From contig NC_134031.1 of assembly GCF_964204645.1 (NCBI RefSeq), forward strand, positions 20,777,910 through 20,841,909: a DNA stretch of 64,000 bases. Direction: 5' to 3'. The notes beneath the pieces were generated by a model. That model did no database searches, was not told the DNA's origin, and worked only from the letters and a program-made list of their open reading frames with translations. The position numbers and the translations under genes were made by a program. This document shows positions 1-12,900 of the stretch, one piece after another (within the stretch, counting starts at the first letter, position 1; every line of letters begins with the position of its first letter). Source of the DNA: Tubulanus polymorphus. Its lineage: Eukaryota; Animalia; Nemertea.

Positions 1-737
1 GCATGGGTGACACCCTGCAGGTCACTCAGATCGAGGTGAATTGCTTCCAAGCTCCGTTAGCTTGCAAACGTGGGTTGTAAGATTGGCCCCAGCAGATTTC
101 CCATTGCGGTACTGCATCATATTGAATGGCATTTAAAACAGATATTTTCTCACCAACAGTCGAGTTAACCGAGTCTGGAAAATGCTCATTCCTAAAAATG
201 GTTTAAAGTGGCTCAAAATTCTCATTATGTCATTGAAAGTTTGATGGACGTAATGTAGAATGTTTACTCATAGAATAAAAGGCGACTCGACGTACTCACT
301 ATAACCAACCATACGACAAATATATACACCTCTCTAGTGACATGACATAGGTTTTGTAATCATTTCTGTAAACGGATGTCGATTAAGTTATTCTTGCTGT
401 ACATCGAACACACACACACATAATGCATCTCTATAACTTCAATTAAAACAAGTGGGATTTATAGGATCGAGGGGCCGATTAACTGTCGCATTATTAACTA
501 CCTATCTGCAAAATGTCAACCATGTGACAATAACATATTCATTTTCGCTAGCGTTTGAATTCATCTAATTTTCTACGTACATCTGTTACTGTTCGATATG
601 AAATAATTTGGTCGCCGTTTCGCAATATCGAGTTTAGAAGTAAAAACATCGATGGTGATTTGAGCGGGTAATAATTCATTCAACTTCCGCCCCTCCCCCT
701 AACCCCCCCCCCCCCCTCCCCGTAATTAGTGCTACCG

Positions 738-877
738 GTAAAGCCCAACGCGCAGAGAAACACGTAAACAGGAGACAGAGACATGTTTCCGAGCGTTTAC
801 CCGTGTGTTGTGCGAAACATGGTTTCTGGAAGGGTGTTTCTGCGTTTCTCCGCGTCGTGCCGTTCGTTGGGCTTTAC
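738..877. mobile_element. MITE with 13-bp terminal inverted repeats
   Basis: GTAAAGCCCAACG (738-750) and CGTTGGGCTTTAC (865-877) are exact reverse complements. The interior has GAAAC/GTTTC motifs shared with 2981-3133. Confidence 0.7.
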
Positions 878-1888
878 TATGAATTCATAGTATACATCCC
901 TGACAAAAGAAATGTGTCAACATAAAATCTGTTGTTGGCTACTTTTGGTAAAAATGCCGTCATTTATATCAGCAGATGTGTGTACACAGAAATATACATC
1001 AAATCCCTAACGACGTTCAATTTCCCGGTATATAAGAAATCTATTCTGCGGGTCGTTGCTCCATACATCATCGCGCTTAACCATTCTCGATACGAGCTAA
1101 ATGTGATTATAGCGCCGCATTTTGAGGCGGTCTTGTTTTCGCAGCTTTGCCGCCAAATCGCACGCACCAGCTCCCGTCCTAATGAAATAAATCAGTCGTT
1201 CTTTACGTGCGTGACCTTGACGTCGTTCCGCTGTGACCTTGTCGGCGTTCTAAGCTGTCAAGCACTGATGTCCATACACAGTTCTTGGATTTCGAAAGGC
1301 ACAAGAATTGCGTTTGGACAATCACCACCAACAACCTTTTATTTCAAACACGGCTCCGTAACGCCTGAAAACAGACAGAGAGAGAATGCTATCAATATTT
1401 CACTATCGAGTTCCAGAGAAAATCGATAGTATTGCGCTGAAATAGAATCCGCATTTTTGTAGAAATCCGGAGACGTTTGTTGATATTCGCGTACAACCTT
1501 CAACCGTTCAGGCGGTAGTTCGACTGAATAGGGTTAAAGTTTTAACGCGCGACGATTTATGCAAAACCAACCCGACTAGAACCAAACACATGTTACCAGT
1601 AAATATATTATTGGATGTGATGACTATTCATCATAAAAACCGCTTTGAAAATATGTTACCTGCATATGCATACGTAGATATATATACTTCTCTATAAGGC
1701 TATATTTCAAACATTAATATCCATTAGTATTATAATGATTAACTCAACAGTTATCGTAAATAGAACTCTTCATTTTAATAATGTAAAAGGTTGTACAGTA
1801 TAGACTCTATGAAATACATATTATCCAACTCCCCCAAGGTGAACGCGTTTTACTGCCCAAAACGTCCGACCTGAGCGGACGCAGTCTG

Positions 1889-1993
1889 CAGGGCCCAATT
1901 GCACAATCGTGGCTTAAGTCCAAAACGAGATCTTAAACCATGACTGCTAAAGTTGATCTCAGACAGGGGTCTAGACTATGCAACTGGTCCCTG
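1889..1993. mobile_element. Short palindromic MITE-like element
   Basis: CAGGGCCCAATTGCACA ... TATGCAACTGGTCCCTG imperfect TIRs. Similar termini recur near 29590-29610 and 41590-41680. Confidence 0.5.
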
Positions 1994-2980
1994 TACGATA
2001 GTATCGAAATACAGACGAGTTTTCAGAAGATTAACTTACATTTCGAAACCTGAATTCAAGCCACCGACCGACGTTAACCATGTAGTATCAAGTGCAGTAT
2101 ATAGACCGTATCTATCCGCACGTTTCGCGTCGTCCTTGGAGTCGCCGAGAATATCTAAAAATAAAAAGACGCAGTAATCACCTTTGATGTCCCGGTAGGC
2201 AGCAGGAACTGGATTAGGCGACAGTTTTTTCGAATACACGCGCCGCGAGCCGAGAGAACAAGGAGAAGGAAAGAGGTAGACTCTCTGGGACGTTATAAGG
2301 CTACACTGATGGAGGCAGCTGAACCACAACTACACTATCCATTAAGGGCTAACAGCTTGCTGGTAACATATGCGACTGCACATATGCAGCTAGTAAAAAG
2401 ACCACGTCACATTACTTTTTTGTTTTCAAAATTATACCCATAAAGAGCCTGAAGTCATTTCTTAACACACAGGTGCGTAACTGTTCGAAGAGTACGAACT
2501 GGTGAGAACACTACGCGCTCGTTGATTGGCTGTCGAGTTTCAAATCAACACGACAACCTGCGTCTCGCAGGCTATAATAACATGCGAATAAAAACGAGTT
2601 GCGCGGTGCGACATCAATTTCAGAACTAATTAATTAAAATGATCAAGTTAATGGTCGGGTGCCATACGGCGACCGCGAAACCGAACCGGTTTAACACCGA
2701 TGTAAGTAGCCCTGGATTCATACAAAATGTGCATTTTAACATATATGAAACGACTTAAAAATTTATGAAAAATACGGGAAGCTCATCTTGAATTACTGAG
2801 TTACAATATGGTGTATTCTAATATAAACATTCCCGCGTTTAAATCGCACAGACACGGCTGTATAAATCCAACTGAAAATGAACGTCAATAAATCCAGATG
2901 TCATCAAACAGCCAAAAAGCAACGTACATCGATTTCCAGATTCGCAGCGGCGCAGCGGCGAATCGCACCCGACCAACTAT

Positions 2981-3133
2981 TTAACCCAACGAATACGACG
3001 CAGAAACACTGTTTCCTAAAGCGTTTCTCCCGTTTCGGGTGCGTTTCCGAGAAACTAGAAACATGGTTTCGGGAACAATGTTTCTGACAATCCGTGCTTC
3101 ACTGTTTCCCTGCGTCGCGTGACGTTCGGCTTC
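2981..3133. mobile_element. Degenerate copy of the 738-877 MITE family
   Basis: Shares CCCAACG start, GAAACATGGTTTC core and GCGTCG...CGTTCG end with 738-877. Confidence 0.5.
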
Positions 3134-4824
3134 AAGAAGACGGGGACGATTTGCCGGACGCCCAATGGTGAAATCTAGGCTCATAATGAAGAACGGTCCT
3201 GGTGTGTGTGTAGTGTGTGTAGTGTGTGTACTGTGTAGTGTGTACCGCTCGCATAATTTATCCGTTCGAGAAATTCAACGTTTCATAGATAATGTCTTTT
3301 TAAAAACATTTCACTCGTCGATCTCTTTTGTCGCGATCTCTTTTTCGTTTTGATATATGAAAAAAACGCTGTTAAAAGACACGGCATCATAAATCAAATG
3401 CTCTCATGACTGCACTTGAAAAAAAGCCACCGAGTTCACATTGTCCTTCCCGCCATGGTGTATGTGGGCCACATGTCGAGGTGTGTTACTATCCGAACTA
3501 ATATAAAAAAACGGGCTTTTAAAAAACTAGTTTCGAAATTTGAATGAAAAAAAAAATGAACCATGATTGTGAATTAACATCAGAGCGAGGAACGGCGTAA
3601 TTCTCAAATCTGCATAGAAAACGTTGGTCTAATAATTACTGGAGAATATTTCAGAAATTCATTTAAGAAAGTTAAGTTGCCGAACGCGAATATATGGAAG
3701 AAATGATAATAGATCGTTTTCAACGAATTAACGCAGAGAGGAAATAAATCTATATATGAACACGATACCGAAACGCGGAAGTCGCGAACAATCTCGCGTC
3801 ATCTCGTCTGCGAGATACGTCCCCGAGATGTCGCGTATACGCCGGGCTAACAATCCAGAGACTCGAGATGTGGAGAACCATCATCCATCACCAGAAGCTA
3901 TACAAGCCAAAGCGAATTTAGTATCTTATATTAGGACAGGCTGCCAGACAGTTGTATGATCGATGGTCGCGTAATCACCCCGGACTCGAGAGATGCAGCC
4001 TTGAATTGCATACGTCATCAAACATTTTACGACGAATATACTCTATATACAAATGTTCCCCAAGACAGAAGCGCGAAGACGTATGAAGTTCCTAACCTCC
4101 CAAGAGAGAAGCGAGCAGTAGCCGGGTCGTCTTTTGGGTTAGAAAATACTGCGCACTAATGACATCAGTGACTGGAAGCCGGAGCTCTATGCATGCCGCA
4201 TGCATGTTAAATACTAAGTAGTCTATATCAAAGCGCCGCTTATGTTCTGAATTTCACTTGGGAAATAAAATTTGTTCATTTCGAAATATAGCAATTCAAA
4301 CTATGAAAGTGGTTGCACTACCGATTCGATGAAAAGTTGCGGGTCAAGTCACAGATTATCTCGATTAGCAGTATCGACAATATGTTATATACCTCTCGAG
4401 GAGAATTATCTAAAATATCGGGCGGGATGATATCCGCATTGAGACGAAATTCTCTGAGAATTGAATAACCGCTTTTATGGATATCAACGAATGCTTAGTC
4501 ATCATTAGGCTGCTTCGAAATTTCCATTTCAAAGTGAGAGATACGCAGGACCTACAATGAACGTCATCATTATACTGTATATATCGTTACAGTCGCTGTT
4601 GACAATGTGAACGGACAAAGGGTCAAAGATCACCGATGATATTATGATTCGCCGAGAGCTTTGTCGGTCAATTCTTACTTCGTTTTCTAAATCGTTCGAC
4701 ATGAATTTTCACTTAAGACAATCTCGCCTACGCTTCAGCCAGTAAAAACTCCGTGAAGATGAAACTCGCGCGTATACAATATTGAAATTGATAAGACACG
4801 GACTGCTTGCAGTTTAGGCATATA

Positions 4825-5005
4825 CAGTGAAACCTCGTTTTAACGACTGCGAGTATAAAGATTCATCGGTTATATATATTACGAGCCTTTGATTTCGCCC
4901 CATAAAGTAATTCTTATAATGTCATTCCCGATAATAATAACGAACTATCGGTTGTAACGAACAGATTTTTCGGTCCCTGAAGTTCATTGTAACGAGGTTC
5001 CGCTG
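4825..5005. mobile_element. Tc1/mariner (pogo/Tigger-type) MITE
   Basis: TA|CAGTGAAACCTCGTT ... AACGAGGTTCCGCTG|TA: CAGT-type TIRs with TA target duplication. Confidence 0.75.
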
Positions 5006-6206
5006 TATTGGGAATCATTTCTACAGAGTTGATTCACAATCTACTGAATCAATGCGTGTAGATGTTCTCATTTTACTGCAATTAATCCCAGCTGAAATAT
5101 CTTATGATTTTAGAATAGCTAGAAATCGCGAATACTGACTTAAAACTCGCTATTCCCGCGCAACTGAAATAGCGGCTCCTAACACATTGCACCAGATTCA
5201 GAATTTGATTGCACACGTTTGTTTTAATAACTGAATGAACAAATACTTCTTCAACGACTATCATGTTCGTACTATAAACTCAAAACGCTATTCAGTTGTC
5301 ACTATTCGGAGTTTCAATATTCACATATAACTAGATATTTGCTCTGAAACTTTTACAATTCGCGCACAGAACTCTATTCACGCTCGATGATTTCCGATGC
5401 CTTTATATACATTTGAATGACTCTTTTGATGATTCACTTCATCTAAGAAGAGAATGGTCTACATTAATTCGTTTATAATACCATCGAATAAAATATCATC
5501 ACTTGTTTTAGAAAAAAAGATTGGCAAACCAATTGTTTGATGTCTCACAACGGATATGACGTCACTCGCCGATGTATCCACTAAATAGTACATAGAACAG
5601 CAACATGTTAATTCATCCCTTGGTAGTTTTTAATCCGTGATAATTAGCGTAGCTAGCTTATTTTGATCGTTTGCACGCAGTTTCGCTATCGGCCGTCGAC
5701 TCCCTGTTTGGCCATGCATCAGAACCATTAAGATCCGCAACGACAACGATAAATCATAGCTGAAATCGGATGTAACCGAGTCCTGTAAATTTCACATGCA
5801 TCCTGGGGATTTATAGTCGACTACGCTACGAATGTACTCGCCGAGTATAATGTTCGTTTTCGCTATATTCCAATCAATTTATATACCCCTATTTTGCAGT
5901 GTTGAGTAGCGGTGGCCGTGAAAAAATTGCGAAGATGTGGAAACGGTGATTAAACGCATGGCGTCGTATTGAAACAGAAGAATCACTGGGTGTAAGCGTA
6001 ACATCAGTCGCGATACGAGACACACATTATTCTACACCTCTCTCCCTCTCTGTGATAATCTTTTTTACGATATAAAGATATCGGAAAAATAGTTATGAGA
6101 TACAGATTAACTGAGGACGAACCAAATTGGCTCCTGTGCTTTGAACAGCGAACTGTTTAATTCAAGTTGTTGATGACAGTCGCCGAGTAGTAAAACTACT
6201 CAGTAC

Positions 6207-6240
6207 GTACACTCATGGACTCTAGAGTCCATGGTACACT
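6207..6240. mobile_element. 20-bp palindromic insert with 7-bp target-site duplication (P-element-like footprint)
   Basis: GTACACT-CATGGACTCTAGAGTCCATG-GTACACT. Confidence 0.65.
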
Positions 6241-6799
6241 ATAACATTGATAAGCGTCTGTTGCGGAAAAGCATTGCCATAAAACTATTCTATCCGTATC
6301 TTCATTGATATCTGAGATGAAAAGAATAACGTTGTTTTGAACCCTACATTCGCTTTCATTTTATCGAAATAATGTCATTCGCTCTTTCAACCGGCGATAA
6401 GTCTATATTATGAAAATAGACAATTGATTCAAGGAAAACCGTGCCCACAGAAATCGAGATTCCAAGATGTTTTCTTTTTTTAATTTTTGCACGAACTTTT
6501 TGCTGATATATAGATTTTACGATTTTGTTTTCGAACTATGACTGTTGAACTATTTTTGGGAGGTATTTTGAGCTATCAAAGTGTTACTGCCTGGCGTTGG
6601 TATATTTTTTAAGAGGTAGGTTGAAAAAGAAAACGCTTCGAAGTTTTTTGAAACAGTTGCGGAACGTAAGTTTACTCGAATTATTCAGCAGCTAGTTTTG
6701 ATCTCATGAAAATGAGACATATCCTGCGAAATACGTCTGAATGAAAAAAGAAAAATATCACGGGTTCATTTTTCACAAAAAAGAGTTATCACTACTAAT

Positions 6800-6900
6800 A
6801 AGACACTATATCCGTGTTGTGATGATACTGATATTTCTATTCTTCAGTATTACTGAAGATGACTATTTGAAAATAGTCGAAACGTTGAATTAACTAGTAG
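6800..6900 (+). mobile_element. Penelope-like element terminal remnant containing a minimal hammerhead motif
   Basis: CTGAAGA-T-GACTATTT(GA)AAATAGTC-GAAACGTTGAAT at 6853-6890, preceded by CACTATATCCGTGTTGTGA. The same family occurs at 22190-22285 (-), 22445-22500 and 42215-42380. Confidence 0.65.
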
Positions 6901-9900
6901 CTCCAGGGAACATTTTTGGACTTGTTTTCGTTATTATTGTGGCATTCTCTTTAGATTATCAAAAAGAGCAATATTTTCCAAAGCTTCTAAAGGTTACATT
7001 CTGGGAAAAAAACATGACCGACATAAACAAGGCTAATTTTTCTAAAGTGTAAGTTATGGGAGGCATTGGTTACAATACGACAAGGGATACAGAAGGTAAT
7101 TTTCAATCTATGACGTCGTTATACCGCTACTCGAATGACGTCATATACGTGATATAGGTCAATTAGAAAACCTCGCACCACACGGAGAAGTCGATGCTCA
7201 TTCTCTGCGCACACTCTGAGAAATCATTGTCAATATACACCGCTAACACGCGAAACTGAACTTAAATGCAATTTGCATTTATAATTTACCGCACTGAAAA
7301 TATCCTTTTCGTGGAATTTGCAGATTCGCTACAACCGACGTAATACTGATTATTCTATCAAGACGACCTTCGCATGCCGGGTGGATTTGAGTTCGGTATA
7401 CAACAGCTATTAGATAGCTTTTCTCTTTAGATCATGCCAAAAAAATCATATCGGGTACTCCCGATTAGATTGATGGAATATGTACGTACGGCTAGCGTTA
7501 CGTACAATGTCTTACAACACCTTCAAAATAAACCTGACAGGGTCTGGTCCAAACTATATTCCAGTATTCCGGAATATATTCGGAATAATTTGACCATATT
7601 CTAGAAGTACCTGATATGAAAGATGCAGAATGCCTCAGATACCAGAAAAAAGAGCCTTTTTTAGAATTTCATGGGGAGAACCCGAGCCTCTTTATCAAGC
7701 TCGTTCGGGGCTTATTATTGTGCCGTCAGACCATTGAGCAATATAGTAAAATTCACCCGCTCGATCGGCACATTGGAAACCGCTAAAATGATCGCTATTG
7801 AATCACGATCTATCTCATTTAGAAAAAGAGACATGTACTCACCACGCCACTATTAAATGACGACTCGCCTTGAATGCAGGCGGCGCTGCCACGACCGCAG
7901 CCGCAACGTTTTTAGTACACGTGTTTCTTTATATGACTCTTTACAATGTCTCCCGAGTGTCATCTGTCTCTCTGTAAAAGATAAAGATGATCGATTCGGT
8001 TAATATTAGACTTTTCTATCGACTTATAAATGATAATCCTCGTACACGACGAGTCCTCCTCAATACACGCTGCGCATAATCCACGATGCGGCAATTTCAT
8101 CTGACAATCTACACGTACGTTTAGCCAACGTGCTATATATAGCGAGTCTATGCACCTCAATGGAGGGGTTGATACCCTTACTGACTAAACTATTCGGCCG
8201 AATTAACCTCAGGACTAAAGCTGGTCTAAGAATCGACTGCACGTCATATTATATCGGTTACAAACGAGACATTCATCCACGCTATTTCTGGGCAATGGTA
8301 GTATTACCGTGTGGTATTTTACTTTATGCGATAGAAGCTTATCACGAGGTTAGAAATATAATTCCTTTCGCCAGATTAGGTATATCGGGGATGCTGGAGA
8401 CAATATTCACCATACCTTTACTTGGTTATTACCTTATGGAGTCGGCGTACTAGACGCTAAATGCCTATGTAGGCTATATATGAACCTAGAGTCGAATTCA
8501 TGCCTAAATTAACGCGCTATTACTTCAAATATATAGAATAATCACCCCAATGATAATATCCATATTCAAATGATAATTACCTATTAAGACTTGTATAGAG
8601 CAATGCTGTCCTACTAGGTCGTAAAATGACTAGCGATTTTAACGTCTCTGAAGGTCTAACTATGAATACTCGTCAGTGTGGCTTCTTTATAAAGTGTACC
8701 TTTTCCATATCGATAATGTCCTATAGATTTGAAGCTATTCACGTTGTTTACCGTAGCGGAAACGACTATAGATCATTATTTGAATAAGATACGATAGTGG
8801 TTGATAGATGCATAGTAGCGCCCGAAACTTATCTGGGCTTCTTCATTGTTCGCAGGGTCGAAGAAATGTCAGAAAAAAATCGGGTCAACGCATAAAAGGA
8901 AATGAACAGAAGACTGTCTATGCGCGGGAGGCACGATGATACGCCAAGGGCAGGGGTCCCGGATGTACTTCTATTGACGTTAGAACGAGTGACCCCGATA
9001 AAAAAAACGACCCGGCATTGTATTTTATACCCGGAGGCCCAACATCAAAATCAAGATATTTGGAAAAAAAGATAGATATAATATATAAGCTATTGCTAAC
9101 AAAAGGAAATACAAGAATGATGCAATTCCATGGTCGAAACCGGCCATCGAAATCAGAATATTTTCCATCCATATTTCAAACGATAGCTCAATACAATCTA
9201 TATCCCTGTGGTATATCATAAACGGGATGAGCCATATTGCGCTGTATGGAATATTAATAAGCAAAGAAACAGAGTTACCTGCAAGGCTTCCTGTCTCGTG
9301 GATGTGAAAAGATGATCCACGCCGTGTGGCCATACGAGACCCACAGTATAGAGATATACCGCGATACAAGACCTATTCTACTCACCTGAGACGACGTGTC
9401 GTCCTAGAAACATTTAATTTCCTCGCTTCCTGTCCTCCATGTGTCTTCAACCTAATTCACGTCTATTGAAACTCGATGACCGGGAAGAGCACAATTTGAT
9501 AAGTGACCACCTCAAAAGAATCTTGCTCAGGGTGTGTGTGGGTCAAAGTATTCATACTATATCTAACGTTTACACTCTGAGTGAGTTCTGAACCATCATT
9601 GAATGATAATAGCGAGAGAGGGAGTCATATGCACTAGTAATGCATCGATGAAAATAATGAGCGACGATTTTCGTTGATTAAGGTCACTCTGTCTATTTTA
9701 ACCATACGCGACATGATACGAATTCCGAGATCGAAAAATTAGCTGCCGTTTATTTAATATCGTAACATATAAAAACACCGAATAGCTTTAACTCACGTAA
9801 TCTCTATAGCTCAACCGATAACTGATCGACGCTTGAAATAGATACTTCTTGAAAGTCAATAAGGTGGATTATTTAGAACTAATTCTCTGATTTTCTATAC

Positions 9901-12900
9901 TTTACACCGTGCTGTCTGTATATCTTAGCACCAGACGTTCTGGGGGTATTTTGGTAGGCTTCGATGAAGATTAATCAACTTCTTCAGCTGGTGTCGATAT
10001 ATCAGCATTCGAATAATGAACTTTTTCAATAATTGGTCGTAATAGATAAAGATGGGGAAATATTCAAATAAATAAAAATACATTAAGCATAATTTCTATG
10101 CAGCCCGCCAAGTCTAAATATAGACATTAGAAAAAAACATAATCCAAACCCATTTCACATACAGCACACTTAGAAAACTTACAAAATTGATTTCAACTCT
10201 TATCTGTGAGATAAGATATAAAAAGCCATACCTGTCTACGTGCTACACGTATATACTTGAAGTAATAGCCTACGTTGTATTTACCTCTGCCCAAATTAGG
10301 TGATATAATACTAACAAGACACAATATGATAGATCTAGCTTCAAGAATACCAACGAATTGGGCTATTAACTATCCCTCCAGTGTACATCCTTACCTAAAA
10401 ATCAGCGCCATCTTTGACGCGACGGTAGTGATGTGACTCGACGACGACTCGACGATGCTGCCTGTCGAGTCTCGCGCGCGGAATTACCGCTTGCCAACGG
10501 CAGGGAGTTCCACGCACTATGACAATCCGTCTAATTCACGGTACAGTAAATCAAACATTTAGGCGGTAAAAATGAAAGTCCATTTAATAATATACGCGTT
10601 CTGTGTCTCCGTGTGTATCGATCTGGCACTCGTTGCTATTTTGCAGCATAAAATGACACTGCGCACGAGAGTAATTTATTGCTTTTCATAGACATTTAAA
10701 TTAGGTCCGGGCTTTATTCACGATCCCAGCAGAGCTAACGCGCACAGCTGACGCGTATTCACTTCCATAATACAGAGCTAGCATAGTAAAACATAAAACA
10801 AGCCTGCAATGTATTCTCATATGAATATTTTTTTCTAAATAAATTCCACGGATGGGAACTGTTACGTTGGATTGTGGTTTCCATTGTTGCAAACGGCAAC
10901 ATTTTATCGTCAATATTGTAACAGCCGCCATGTTCAGATTAGACATTTGCTATATTAGAATAACGACAACTAATTTCGAGGGGTGCTGATTAGTTTTATG
11001 ACAGGTAGACGAAAAAAATACGAAATTGAAAAAAAAAATCCACCAACATATAATGACGAAGCCCGGCTATATCAATCAACTTAGAAACATCTCAAAAATA
11101 TCACCTAGTTTTTCGAAACAAATATCATGTTTTCGTAGTATCGGATTTCAAAAAGAAATCAATTAAAATTTGAAAATCGCGCATTGATTTCGCGCAACTG
11201 AAATGAATAGATATCTAGTTACGAGGCGCAGATCGATTAATACGAACCATGGAATATCGCACATGCGAAATAAAGGGTTAATATTTTCATGACTATAAAG
11301 CCTAGCCTACACGAATTAAACACGAAACAGAAACATCTGGTTTGTCGTTTCTTGTGACTGTCTACGTAAGATACAGTAAACAGAAACATTATTTCGACTG
11401 CGGCGTGTTATGTCAGATTAGCTAAACAAGAAACAAGAAAAACTAACCAATCAATTTGGCAACGAGCGCATCACATGACTGATCAAAATTCACCGCCATT
11501 TTGAACCGTGTGAGAAAATACGAGTAAAATTTAGGGTGAAGTAAACATCGAAAAGTATTTAAACACAGATATATTTCTTGTTTCCATGGGTTTTTTTTTC
11601 TTTATCGTGTTTGCTAATTTCGAAAGGAATAACTTGAATGTCTCATCCACTATAAAATAGATAGTTTAGGTGATGAAGATATCGGGCGATTTTTTATACA
11701 TTTTTCAGCTGAATTTATGACCTCATTGAAACAATAACGTTAAAACTATCTAATTTTATTATATCGCAGTAATATTTAGAAAAAACATTGATTCTCGGAA
11801 TCAGCATATTATCAGGTTGATAGTTTTTATGATAACAAAGATAAATTGCGACAAATCCGGGTAAATGAAAACAATCCGTATATTTAGTAGGCAAACAATA
11901 TGTTTGCCTTTTGCACCTCATAACGTTCATTGGCATGATTGCGACATATAATTCAACTATAGGTGAATAAGAAGTGGAACTCACTGAAGCCACACGTGGC
12001 TAAGTCTGGCGGGCGATATCACCAGAAATAAAAAATGCGTAATGTTAAAGCGAACATCACAGACTCACCTAGGAAAACATCAGAAATATCTGTTCATTAG
12101 CGCAATAGATCTATGGATATCGAGCCGCTACGAAAGTACAACAATCAATTTACCAGATTGGATCTGTACGGAAAATACATGATAGGGACCGCGACGGAGT
12201 AAGCGGTGATTGTTGTTGATTCCGCCATTACGTGTACGATAGACATTCGAAATGTCTCAATACCACGCGGTAATCAATCATAGAACACGACAAAGAAGGG
12301 GGACAGATAATCGAAATATTCTCTGCACGTTAAAATGATGTGTCGTGCGTCGTTGTATATGCATGTACACGACGGTTATGATGGCGCGCGCGCGGGAAAA
12401 AGCAGCGCGGAATATCGGCTGCTGGTGAACACCTACGCGTTACAGTCTCAGAGAGCGACACACAGTCGCAGTAGTCATCAGCATGCCTCCAGCAGAGTCG
12501 ACGCCCATTACAAACAAGACTTAATTAAACAATGATGATTAAATGGTGACCAATCTTCCCCCGATATGAAATGGATACAGAATTCACGTATAATCTGTTT
12601 GTAACCAGTTCCTCATCCATCAGCGTCCACGCGGTATAACTAAATATCTGATTATGATATCGCTCGCCCAGAGATTCTGCTCGCAAATTAACATGATACT
12701 ATTGACTAATGATAAGATGCATCGTAAAATATAAGTATTTTTATGATATTCGTATAAAGAACAAGATGTAAATCCTTCGTCGTTCTAATAACAGGATGTT
12801 TTATCTAATCTAAATACATTACGCATATATACATTTATTTGTATGTTATTCATTATTCAGTGAAAAAAAAAACAACCGAATTCGAATGTTTACCGAACGA

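Noticed and set aside
932-1429. 165-aa plus-strand ORF
   Set aside because: TTG start, no recognisable domain or splice context; flanking signals point to a minus-strand exon instead.
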